44,747 bases of DNA from Euryarchaeota archaeon UBA126 (GTDB taxonomy: Archaea; Thermoplasmatota; Poseidoniia; Poseidoniales; Thalassarchaeaceae): assembly GCA_002497025.1 (NCBI GenBank), contig DAMG01000041.1, forward strand, positions 1 to 44,747. The letters are read 5' to 3'. The notes under the pieces are model-generated. The model was not told where the DNA came from. It saw only the letters and a list, made by a program, of their open reading frames with translations, and did not search any database. A program made the position numbers and the translations under genes. Positions 9,432 to 18,546 of the stretch are shown here, in pieces. Each line of letters starts with the position of its first letter. Within the stretch, counting starts at the first letter, position 1.

Positions 9432-10799
9432 GTGGTATTGGTGGATTCCGAAGAGACACCTAAGTCATCGAAAAAAGGTGGCGGGAACTTTCGAGTTCCA
9501 AGGGCAAAGAGGCGGCGCCATCAGCCAATAAAGGTCTCAAATCAAATTCCAACGAGTCGAAGAAAAGAGATTGAGAAAGCATTGGAAGAGCCTAGCAGCA
9601 CTCCGAAGTCATGGTCTCGTACTAGTGGCTGGAAATCGCATCGAATTGGACGTAAGCTTGTGAAACCGGGAACAATTCGACAAATTGAGTACGACTTAAT
9701 GGACATAGAAATTGGTGAATCTTGGCCTATTCCAATTACTGTAATTCATGGTTCTCGGCCTGGGCCGGTAGTTACCCTAATCGGAGCACTTCACGGAAAC
9801 GAATTGGTTGGTCCGTTAGCATTGACTTACTTACAATCGCACGCAATCTTGGGAGAGGATAAGGCGATAGATCCCACCACGGTTGCAGGAACCATTCGGA
9901 TTATCCCAATTGTGAATATGCCGGGATACCGTCGTCGAAGCAGATACATGACTGATGGCAGAGACTTGAATCGTTTCTTCCCAGGCAAAGAAGATTCAAA
10001 CACAACTTCTAGGGTAGCAAACAGATTATGGAAAGAAATTTTCTCTAAATCTGACCATATTCTCGACCTACACACCGCGGCTCTGGGCCGTACAAATATG
10101 CCACAAATTAGGGCCAACTTGGCTAATCCAGCAAGTAATCGAACCGCCCGCTCCTTCGGAATCGAGGTAATTCTAGACAGTGAAGGTCCGAAAGGCTCCC
10201 TAAGAAGAACCGCTGATGGCCATGGAATTAGTTGTATTACCTACGAAGGTGGTGGTTCAGATGAAGCAGACCCTGAATCTATCCAGATTGCTATGTATGG
10301 AGTTCTGAATGTATTGAGGAGTTTGAAAGTGATTCCTGGTTATTCTAGTCGACCACGATTTCGACTACTCGCATCTGGTTCGGTATGGGTTCGCTCGGAC
10401 TATGGTGGTCTCCTAGATGTATTGACTCCTGCTGGCTCTTGGGTAGAGAAGGATGAATTGGTTGCAACTGTCTCGGACCCCGAACACCCGGGGGTTTCAA
10501 TGGAAATACGCTCACCCACAGATGGTCTACTGATTTGTACAGCAACGCATCCATTCGTAACTACTGGTACTCCAATAGGTCATTTATTGCCGATTTCAAA
10601 AGGAGTCAAGACCGTAAAGAGACGTTTGGATGATGAAGGTGTGCTAGTGTTAAGCGGAGCCGATGGAGAACCTCCATGGCGCGATGATGATGAAATCGAG
10701 GATATCTCGGTTGTAGGTGAATGGGAAGGTGGGTCACCAGATGCTGAGTGGGGTGAAAATCTTCCTTCGGCTGCCGAAGAAGAAGCGGATGAAGCCTGA
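9432..10799 (+). CDS. Succinylglutamate desuccinylase/aspartoacylase family (M14-like) metallohydrolase
   Basis: ALHGNE, DLNRFFPG, LDLHT and TYEGG motifs plus a C-terminal hybrid domain. Start codon uncertain. Confidence 0.85.
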   Translation: MVLVDSEETPKSSKKGGGNFRVPRAKRRRHQPIKVSNQIPTSRRKEIEKALEEPSSTPKSWSRTSGWKSHRIGRKLVKPGTIRQIEYDLMDIEIGESWPIPITVIHGSRPGPVVTLIGALHGNELVGPLALTYLQSHAILGEDKAIDPTTVAGTIRIIPIVNMPGYRRRSRYMTDGRDLNRFFPGKEDSNTTSRVANRLWKEIFSKSDHILDLHTAALGRTNMPQIRANLANPASNRTARSFGIEVILDSEGPKGSLRRTADGHGISCITYEGGGSDEADPESIQIAMYGVLNVLRSLKVIPGYSSRPRFRLLASGSVWVRSDYGGLLDVLTPAGSWVEKDELVATVSDPEHPGVSMEIRSPTDGLLICTATHPFVTTGTPIGHLLPISKGVKTVKRRLDDEGVLVLSGADGEPPWRDDDEIEDISVVGEWEGGSPDAEWGENLPSAAEEEADEA

Positions 10800-10802
10800 G
10801 TA

Positions 10803-13800
10803 TCATTCTTCTTCGGACAAATCCTCAACCATTACAGGAGTGGCATCGACTGTGACTACAGTTGATTGAAGCATCGGAACAGATTCTACCATAGGGGGGT
10901 TGTTATCACTGTGTTGACTCAGTAGATCGCTGAGATCAGGAGCAGATGGCAGTTCAACCGCTCGATGCTCGGGAGTAACGCCTAGTGGGTTTTGGTTAAC
11001 TTTGAATTCTGCATAGGCCTCAGCAATCATTCTGTTTTCTCTAATCTTCATTCCGGCAAATGCCACTCCTCCAACAAGCGTTAGAATAACGAAAAGAATA
11101 ACAATAATTCCGGAAGTAGAGCCTAAGAATGAGAATAGAGATTCAATCAAAGTTGGTGCTGGGACGTAGACTTCTACATCGACAGTCCATTGTAGCTTGG
11201 TTTCAAATCCAGAATCTGTTATTGTGAGATTTAGTTCTCGCAAACCACTGCGCTCAGAGCAAAGAATTTCTGCTAATTGCCAATCCTTCGATTTGCAATC
11301 GATTTCGTTTAGAATTAATGTCTGACCATTTTCACTCAAGTTGGCAGACAAAATTACCCCTTCCATCTCCCAGACCATTTCCTTACTAACAGTACTCGGG
11401 ATACTTCGAATATCTATACGAAGTGTATCATTTACAGAGTCCCAATTTGCGGTACTGGTTCTGCTAAGGGACGATTCGATTAAATCAACTCGATTCAAAG
11501 AATCATCGACAACATCGTTACAATCATCATCCCAACCATTCCATGTCTCAGTAGCATCTGGGTTGATTGTTTCAATCAAATCCTCACAATCTTCGAAGGC
11601 ATAGTAACCGTCTTCGTCACGGTCATGATCGAAGACCAATGGGTCTGAGCCGGTTTCTATTACTTCCTTGCCATCACTCATTCCGTCATCATCAGAATCT
11701 GAATCTGTTGGGTCTGTAGATAAATTATGGAACTCATCGTAATCCCATAGGCCATCTTGATCTGAATCAATAGTACGGAAGTCCTCGTCTACCTGATCAT
11801 CACAATCATTGTCCTTTGCGTCTAATGATTCTGCGAGTAGAGGAGCTCTATCAGCATCATCATCTTGGCAATCTTGGAACCAATACCAGCCGTCTCCATC
11901 ATCGTCAGGATCAGCCCAAAGTGGATTCGAGCCATACGTCTTTACTTCGAGCCCATCAGGTAATCCATCATCATCGGTATCGCCATCATAGGGATTACTT
12001 GTGACGTTGTGATATTCGTCATAATCATCTAATCCATCAAAATCGGAATCCAAATCCCAAAATCCATCGTCGATTACCAGGTCACAATCGTTGTCTTTGT
12101 TGTCTAACAATTCAGGCAGGGCTGGATTACGATATTCGTCTTCGTCGTCACAATCTAGGAACCAATGGTATCCATCTGCATCCGAATCTGGATCGTAAGA
12201 TAGAGGATTAGAGCCATAAGTTTCCACCTCGATACCATCCTCCAATCCATCATCATCGGTATCAGCATCTTCAAAATCTGTTCCATGGATGTGGTATTCT
12301 GGCCAATCCAACAGGCCGTCTGAATCTCTGTCTGTAAAATTGAAACCTTCATCAGTTAAATCATCACAATCATCATCAATTCCATTCAATCTCTCGTATG
12401 TGCCCGGATTAACATCTGGATTATTGTCGTTACAATCTTGGAAATGATAGAATAAATCATTGTCGGCATCGGGGTCGTAGTCCAGAGGATTAGTCCCCCA
12501 ATAATTTACTTCTAATCCATCTGAAAGTCCATCATTGTCGCTATCTGAATTCATAGGATTTGTTGCATAGTTGAATATTTCTTGCAGATCGGTCAATCCA
12601 TCAGTATCCGAATCACTCGCAAGAGGGTCGGTTCCATGAATCATAACTTCATCATAATCTGACAAGCCATCATCATCAGTATCGGCATCATAGGGGTCTG
12701 TGCCCCAAACTTGAGTTTCATTTTCGTCAGATAGTCCATCATCGTCATGGTCCCAATCATTATCCACTCCATGGAAAATCAGCTCCCAGGAATTCAGAGT
12801 TCCCATTCCTCCACTGGTGGAATCACGTACCTTTAGTGTCCAAAGGCCCATGCTCGATTCACCCCAATGGTGAACTGTGTTGAATAGCCAATCAGAATAG
12901 TCGTCGTTACTATCGCCGTTACTTACCGCCAACCAGGATTCAGTTCCATCTGGTGATTGTAATACAATGTCTAAGTCACCACGGTATGTATGGTTGATGT
13001 CTACAATAACATCTACACTTTCTATCGACAGTTCGGTGTTTACAGTGATTGGAAATTCACTCCAAGACTGATTTCCATCAGGGATATCGAAGTCAGGTAA
13101 ATATGGGCCATAGGTTGAGTTAATTTCCTGATCTAGAGTTGTCCAATTCAACGCCATGGACACTGCCGCTCCGGCATCTACTGCACCGAATCCATACTTG
13201 TGAGAGACATCGTGACCTGCTCCATTAGTGTTCCAAGAAGAATCGTTAGGGTCATTCATTCGTGAAGTATGGACTAAAATTTCCTGAACGTCTCGCCAAG
13301 TCAAAAATGGATTTGCATCATACATTAGGGCGATTACTCCGGCTGCTAATGGTGTGGCGCTGGAGGTTCCTCCGAATGTGTGGGTCACATTTCCGCTACC
13401 GTTGTAACCTCCACTTCCTACTATGTCGGTGGTGGTTATTCCCTCACCATCGCCATTTGAGTGAGCTGCAACGAGGATATTTGCACCAGGTTCCGCATAG
13501 TATGATTGTTCTCCTTCGTGAGAGATTGCGGTTACTGCAATGGTGAATCGGCTGTTTGCATAACCATCTTTGTTGGCATCATCATCACTTCCTAACCCAT
13601 TACCTGCAGCCCATGTGATGGAATTACCCAACCCTTTCCTTCCATTGTAGGCATCTTCCTCAAAAGCAGCTAAAGTAAGTGGGCCTGGTCCTGATAGTGT
13701 TTCGCCATCATCTGAGGGGCCCCAAGAATTTGAGTAAATATCGATATCATCGTTTTCAAAGGATAATGCATTGGCTTCTGTGCTGTCGCCAGACCAACAT

Positions 13801-14627
13801 GCGATTAAGGTAGAACCACCTAATGTGGCTTCCCAAGCCGCTCCTGAAACATATAGTGAGTTATTTCCAACCGCTGCGGCTACACCTGCAGCAGACGTAC
13901 CATGACCATTCCAGGAACTTGGCGCGGGATCACTATCGTCGTTACACCAGTCGTAGGAGTAGTTAGCATCGTAGTTATCGATAATATCGGGATGTTGGTG
14001 GTCTAAGCCATCGTCAACGATACTGATTACTACACCTTCACCACGATAATTGTCCCAGACATCTGTGGCATTGATATCTTCTCCACTCAGTCCTGATGTC
14101 TGACCCGTATTTTCAAGATGCCATTGTGAAGAAAACTCTGGATCATTGGGATTATCTCTTGGAAATTGTTGGCGCTCCACTAATGGCGAATAAGATTCTA
14201 TATGACCAATTTCAACCAACATTTCAAGTTCGTCAATAACCTCTAATGGGTCATCAAAATACCAAATATAAGCCCCTCTTAGGATGGGTGCAGGTTCCAC
14301 GGATTCTGGCTTTGCTAAAGTCAACGGCTGCTTTTCCAAAGGGATTTGGGTTACAATCAACCATTGGTTGGTTTGGGATAGTTCTTCAAAGGTGTATTGA
14401 TTGAGATTCTCTACTCTGTCGAAGGCCAATTGAACCGCTTTGGAGTAAGTTGGTAGGATATTCTCTCCACTCACTTCAAAGTCAATATTGTTATTTTGCC
14501 CTTCACCAATCGTTGCCACGACAGGTGATACAAGCATCAGAACAAGGAGCATCGCTATCGTACGCATGGGTCGACTTCGATGTTGTAGGGGTTTTAGCCG
14601 TTGCCGATGCATGGGTGGTAAGCGCAT
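10803..14627 (-). CDS. Membrane-anchored S8B kexin/furin-like serine protease with P-domain, acidic repeat stalk and C-terminal TM helix
   Basis: Signal peptide; catalytic VDDG, HGTSAAG and GTSSATP; oxyanion WAAGNG; SNSWGPSDDG; P-domain HTYRGDL; TM GIIVILFVILTLVGGVAFAG. The true start is probably one of the downstream Met codons (e.g. MRTIAML). Confidence 0.92.
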   Translation of the reverse strand: MRLPPMHRQRLKPLQHRSRPMRTIAMLLVLMLVSPVVATIGEGQNNNIDFEVSGENILPTYSKAVQLAFDRVENLNQYTFEELSQTNQWLIVTQIPLEKQPLTLAKPESVEPAPILRGAYIWYFDDPLEVIDELEMLVEIGHIESYSPLVERQQFPRDNPNDPEFSSQWHLENTGQTSGLSGEDINATDVWDNYRGEGVVISIVDDGLDHQHPDIIDNYDANYSYDWCNDDSDPAPSSWNGHGTSAAGVAAAVGNNSLYVSGAAWEATLGGSTLIACWSGDSTEANALSFENDDIDIYSNSWGPSDDGETLSGPGPLTLAAFEEDAYNGRKGLGNSITWAAGNGLGSDDDANKDGYANSRFTIAVTAISHEGEQSYYAEPGANILVAAHSNGDGEGITTTDIVGSGGYNGSGNVTHTFGGTSSATPLAAGVIALMYDANPFLTWRDVQEILVHTSRMNDPNDSSWNTNGAGHDVSHKYGFGAVDAGAAVSMALNWTTLDQEINSTYGPYLPDFDIPDGNQSWSEFPITVNTELSIESVDVIVDINHTYRGDLDIVLQSPDGTESWLAVSNGDSNDDYSDWLFNTVHHWGESSMGLWTLKVRDSTSGGMGTLNSWELIFHGVDNDWDHDDDGLSDENETQVWGTDPYDADTDDDGLSDYDEVMIHGTDPLASDSDTDGLTDLQEIFNYATNPMNSDSDNDGLSDGLEVNYWGTNPLDYDPDADNDLFYHFQDCNDNNPDVNPGTYERLNGIDDDCDDLTDEGFNFTDRDSDGLLDWPEYHIHGTDFEDADTDDDGLEDGIEVETYGSNPLSYDPDSDADGYHWFLDCDDEDEYRNPALPELLDNKDNDCDLVIDDGFWDLDSDFDGLDDYDEYHNVTSNPYDGDTDDDGLPDGLEVKTYGSNPLWADPDDDGDGWYWFQDCQDDDADRAPLLAESLDAKDNDCDDQVDEDFRTIDSDQDGLWDYDEFHNLSTDPTDSDSDDDGMSDGKEVIETGSDPLVFDHDRDEDGYYAFEDCEDLIETINPDATETWNGWDDDCNDVVDDSLNRVDLIESSLSRTSTANWDSVNDTLRIDIRSIPSTVSKEMVWEMEGVILSANLSENGQTLILNEIDCKSKDWQLAEILCSERSGLRELNLTITDSGFETKLQWTVDVEVYVPAPTLIESLFSFLGSTSGIIVILFVILTLVGGVAFAGMKIRENRMIAEAYAEFKVNQNPLGVTPEHRAVELPSAPDLSDLLSQHSDNNPPMVESVPMLQSTVVTVDATPVMVEDLSEEE
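11500..12750 (-). repeat. Intragenic repeat array: DxDxDGLxDxxE...TxP units alternating with DC-x-P-x-E-x-DxDCD (MopE-like metal-binding) units
   Basis: The first Asp-Cys codons of the four Cys units lie at 12437, 12155, 11873 and 11591, an exact 282-nt (94-aa) period. Boundaries are approximate. Confidence 0.9.
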
Positions 14628-14647
14628 CGCCTAAAATTACTAATTAA

Positions 14648-15907
14648 TCAGTTGTTTTGATTATATTCCGATATAGCATGATGAACTTCATCATCATCCA
14701 TCAATCGGCGCTGATTTTTGGCCACCTCAAACATATGAGCGACTAAATCGTCATCTGCTTGGTAACCATTTTCTTCCAGCCACCAGATAATGTTTGAACG
14801 CCCACTCATATGTCCAATTCGGATAACCTGCTTGAGGCCATAATCTTGAGCAGGCACTCCTGAATATACACGATCTGCTAACCAATTATCCCCCTTTTTC
14901 ATAGCCTTGATTACCGCGCTAGCATGTACTCCAGTACCGGTTTCAAAGGCATCCTCACCAAAGACAGGATAATTCCGAGGAAGAGCCACTTCGACATACT
15001 CATGCGCCTTTTTCATGTATTCATTTAGGGCAGTTAAGTCATTTTCGATAACTCCCATCAGTGAGAGATTGACTAGGGTTTGATCTAGTGGAGCATTCCC
15101 AGCTCTTTCTCCTACACCCAATGCAGTTCCGTGAATTACATCCGCCCCAACTTCAACAGCCGCGAGGTTGTTTGCAACACCCAATCCTCTGTCTTGGTGA
15201 CCATGCCAATTGACTTCGATATCTCTGCGTTTTACTCCTGCGTCAGGAATAACTTCGTCTTGAATAAAAGTGAGCAATTTTCGTACTCCATTAGGAGTCA
15301 CATGGCCACAGGTGTCGCAAACACAAATTCTGTCGGCACCCAATTCTATTGCTCTAGTGTAAACAGCCTTGATTTCTTCCGGCTTTGAGCGGGTGGTATC
15401 CTCAGTAACAAACATCACAGGGATATCGTTGTCAACCGCAAAGGTAACCGCTTTCTCTGCCGTACTTAGGATTCGTTCCATAGTCCAACCTTCTGCAAAT
15501 TGTCTGATGGGACTTGTTCCGAGAAATGCACTTGCCTGAATCTGCCGCTCGTGCTTGGCTTGCAAATCTACCAGCGGTTCGATATCTCCTACAACGGTCC
15601 GAACAGCACAACCTGGTCTCAAATCGTAACCATTCTCGCCCATGTGGGTGAGCATTGAATCTATGTGACTGACATGAAATGGACCAGCTCCGGGAAGGCC
15701 AAGGTCCACTTTCTGAATTCCTAGCCTCTCCATATAATCAATTAATTCGATTTTCTGTTCTATAGTTGGATTACGCGCACTCGGGCTTTGTAGCCCGTCT
15801 CTCAGGGTTTCATCATCGAACCAAACATCATGTGGGTGGTTAGCAGAATCGCGTTTTATTTCGTAGTCTATGATGTTCCAATCATAGATGAGTTCTCGCT
15901 CATTCAT
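14648..15907 (-). CDS. LeuA/homocitrate synthase family (DRE-TIM) acyltransferase lacking the C-terminal regulatory domain
   Basis: DETLRDGLQ, ICVCDTCG, HGHQDRG, GVGERAGN, GVHASA, IGHMSG. Start placed at MNERE (15907). Confidence 0.85.
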   Translation of the reverse strand: MNERELIYDWNIIDYEIKRDSANHPHDVWFDDETLRDGLQSPSARNPTIEQKIELIDYMERLGIQKVDLGLPGAGPFHVSHIDSMLTHMGENGYDLRPGCAVRTVVGDIEPLVDLQAKHERQIQASAFLGTSPIRQFAEGWTMERILSTAEKAVTFAVDNDIPVMFVTEDTTRSKPEEIKAVYTRAIELGADRICVCDTCGHVTPNGVRKLLTFIQDEVIPDAGVKRRDIEVNWHGHQDRGLGVANNLAAVEVGADVIHGTALGVGERAGNAPLDQTLVNLSLMGVIENDLTALNEYMKKAHEYVEVALPRNYPVFGEDAFETGTGVHASAVIKAMKKGDNWLADRVYSGVPAQDYGLKQVIRIGHMSGRSNIIWWLEENGYQADDDLVAHMFEVAKNQRRLMDDDEVHHAISEYNQNN

Positions 15908-15981
15908 TCTCGACCCTCCGGCCGCTTGATGCGTACCACGGCCGTCGAACAGGCGGGCAGGCGTTTGAGGATTTCCTGAAT

Positions 15982-17067
15982 TCAGGCTGAAATCTGCGAT
16001 GAAGACGCTTTTGAGTTCCATTCATCCCTAGCAATCATTGTAGCCGCCAATACTGCTCCTAAAATTGATCCTTGTAAACCAGCACTTGCAGTAACCACAA
16101 TTGCAAACATCAGGGCGAGATATATCATTGAAACAAAGAAAGAGCGAGCCGCGGTAGGGATTCTTCCAGAAGCAGTACGAGGCTCATTTGTGTCGATCAT
16201 GAATACTGTTCTGGCATACCACAAAGTGGCAATAATCGAAGTCCAACCAAATACATGGTAGATTGTATCATACCTATCCATTCCGCCCATAGCGATGGGT
16301 GCAAATACTGCTAGAATAAGCAAGAAAATAGAGTATACCTTCATTTCTATAAGAGTTCTTCTTGCACCTTTAACTCCAGGCATCATTGGAATTCCAACCG
16401 AGTTGTATTCCTCCGAACGATATAGCGCCAATGCCCAGAAATGAGGTGGAGTCCATAGGAAAATTAGCAAGAGGAGATACCAAGGCATCAAGCTCCCCAA
16501 ATCAAAAATTGAAATTGCAAAATCTTCTACTGAATCTAGATTGATAGTTAAGTCGCCTACTGCAGTAGCCCAACCGATTACTGGTGGAGTTGCACCAGCT
16601 AAACCTCCGATGACTATGTTTTGAACTGAGGTTCGCTTAAGCCAGATTGTGTAAATGAAGACATAGAATAGGATACTAAATGCAGCCCAAAAAGCAGCTA
16701 CTTGGTTAGCAAATTCAAGGAACCAGACAACTCCCGATACCGAAATGAAGATTCCAAAAATCAGTGCTCCATTTGCACTCACAGTACCAGTTGGTATCGG
16801 CCTTTTTGAAGTCCGTTGCATAACTGGATCAATATCTCTATCGTACCACATATTGATTGCATTAGCGCCTCCTGCTGTAAGATAGCCTCCAACGAAAACA
16901 ATCGCCATGGTACGAATGGATTCATTCCAATCCATATCAGAGAACCCCGATGCTTCAAGCAAATCGTGAGATATTACCGCACATAGTGCGGTAATCTGCA
17001 GAAGAACAACTACTCCTGGCTTAGTTAGAGTGAGCCAAGCCTTAGCCGCACTCCCGGTATCTCCCAT
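15982..17067 (-). CDS. ctaB: Protoheme IX farnesyltransferase (heme O synthase)
   Basis: NMWYDRDIDPVMQRTSKRPIP, YTIWLKR, NIVIGGLAGA, FLWTPPHFWALA. Confidence 0.95.
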   Translation of the reverse strand: MGDTGSAAKAWLTLTKPGVVVLLQITALCAVISHDLLEASGFSDMDWNESIRTMAIVFVGGYLTAGGANAINMWYDRDIDPVMQRTSKRPIPTGTVSANGALIFGIFISVSGVVWFLEFANQVAAFWAAFSILFYVFIYTIWLKRTSVQNIVIGGLAGATPPVIGWATAVGDLTINLDSVEDFAISIFDLGSLMPWYLLLLIFLWTPPHFWALALYRSEEYNSVGIPMMPGVKGARRTLIEMKVYSIFLLILAVFAPIAMGGMDRYDTIYHVFGWTSIIATLWYARTVFMIDTNEPRTASGRIPTAARSFFVSMIYLALMFAIVVTASAGLQGSILGAVLAATMIARDEWNSKASSSQISA

Positions 17068-17105
17068 AGCACATCCTTAGGGCGTGTACGCTTCAATTCG
17101 ACTCA

Positions 17106-18167
17106 TCACAGGGCCTCAGGTTCAGGCTCATGTAGGGCGAAGGCAGAGATAGCCAACCAAGAGGTTGCTAGAGTAAGAAATGATGTGCTGCCAACCAACA
17201 GATGAATCAGAGAAAGTATTTCGCGGAATGTTTCATTATCCGGTGACCAAGAAAGGATGTACAGAGCTCCGATTGCAATATTCAAGCAATATAGTGCAGT
17301 TGCTGCCCAAATCCAATTTCTGAGGATTATTCCATGCTGGTGCTGAATCTGTTCATTTCTAACATACCAACAAGCAATTAGTAGAATACCTCCAACAAAT
17401 GCAACCAGCCATCGATGAATAATTTGAGATTGACCTTCCAAGTCAACTATTTCTGGAAGGTAATCTCCGTTACAAAGAGGCCATGAATTTACATCGCCTG
17501 ATACACCACATATCTGATCTGCACCGGGTGTTGTAGCGACAAACACTCCAGCAAAAACTGTGGTAAAGGTGCTAAGCCCTAACCACGCAATTCTATTTTT
17601 CCACTTAGAAGCGAGGATCGGGTCAAATTCTAACCAAGATGGCTGAATCCCCTCATCTCGATTAATGCAAATCCATAACCAAATGAGACATAATATGAAT
17701 GCAAGGGCGCTTGATAGATGCATTGCTACACTCCAATGAATATTGTCAATTTTGACGGTTAACCAACCGAGTGCCCCTTGCCAAATGATTAGTCCCAGCG
17801 CCAAGTTAGATGCGAAAGTCGAGCGTTTTGACGTATCTTCATTACGACGTATGATTAGCCAGTTTAGAATTACCAGAGGGCCAAGAATTGCTCCTGCCAA
17901 TAGTCTGTGAAACCACTCCGTAAAAATTTCAAAAGTAGTGTATCTATGATGTTCACCCCGGGAGTCTATTTCATCGGGATTTTCGTTCCACCATCTTTCT
18001 TGCTCCTCGGGACTAATATCGAACCCCCATGTGCCGAAGCAAGTCGGCCAATCCGGACAGGATTCTCCAGCATCTGAAACTCTGATTAATCCGCCAACAG
18101 CAATCACTAGAAAGGTAAGTACGATCAAACCAGCGGTTAGTCTCTTAGTATCGACTTTCTGAAGCAT
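17106..18167 (-). CDS. ctaA: Heme A synthase (COX15/CtaA)
   Basis: GESCPDWPTC, EWFHR, conserved His residues in the later helices, about 8 TM segments; adjacent to ctaB; GAGGTGG ribosome-binding site. Confidence 0.92.
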   Translation of the reverse strand: MLQKVDTKRLTAGLIVLTFLVIAVGGLIRVSDAGESCPDWPTCFGTWGFDISPEEQERWWNENPDEIDSRGEHHRYTTFEIFTEWFHRLLAGAILGPLVILNWLIIRRNEDTSKRSTFASNLALGLIIWQGALGWLTVKIDNIHWSVAMHLSSALAFILCLIWLWICINRDEGIQPSWLEFDPILASKWKNRIAWLGLSTFTTVFAGVFVATTPGADQICGVSGDVNSWPLCNGDYLPEIVDLEGQSQIIHRWLVAFVGGILLIACWYVRNEQIQHQHGIILRNWIWAATALYCLNIAIGALYILSWSPDNETFREILSLIHLLVGSTSFLTLATSWLAISAFALHEPEPEAL

Positions 18168-18206
18168 TGCTTACCACCTCTGAATGGCCGATAAGCGGTA
18201 GAGCCC

Positions 18207-18467
18207 TCACTCTTCCTCAATATGAGGGTCCACATCGATTGGAATGCGGTGAGATTCGTACTCTAGCGTTGCAATCTTAAGAGGGTCAAGTACGAATCTT
18301 GCTTGAGCATCTTCTGTTCCAAAAAGCTGGACTAGTTCTTGCATGAAATTTTCACGGAGTTCATCTTCGGATACATATAGTGGTGCACCCATGCTAATTT
18401 GCAATGCTCTTGCACCTATGATTCGAGCCTTCTCGAAGCGAGTGTGCTGCCGTACTGGAGTAACCAT
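18207..18467 (-). CDS. rpoK: DNA-directed RNA polymerase subunit K (Rpo6)
   Basis: [21 protein letters not shown] and DPLKIATLE. Confidence 0.96.
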   Translation of the reverse strand: MVTPVRQHTRFEKARIIGARALQISMGAPLYVSEDELRENFMQELVQLFGTEDAQARFVLDPLKIATLEYESHRIPIDVDPHIEEE

Positions 18468-18546
18468 CGAGGCCGGCGACCCAAGACCTCCCTATTAGCC
18501 CACCGGCTAGCCTTCGCCCCCTATGGGGGCGGATTTCTAGCATACT

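Noticed and set aside
11500..12750. CRISPR array or DNA-level tandem repeat
   Set aside because: The periodicity is at protein level with diverged codons; there are no identical direct repeats with spacers.
15908..16021. Long start of the LeuA-like ORF overlapping ctaB
   Set aside because: Family similarity begins near MNERE; the extension is GC-rich intergenic sequence.
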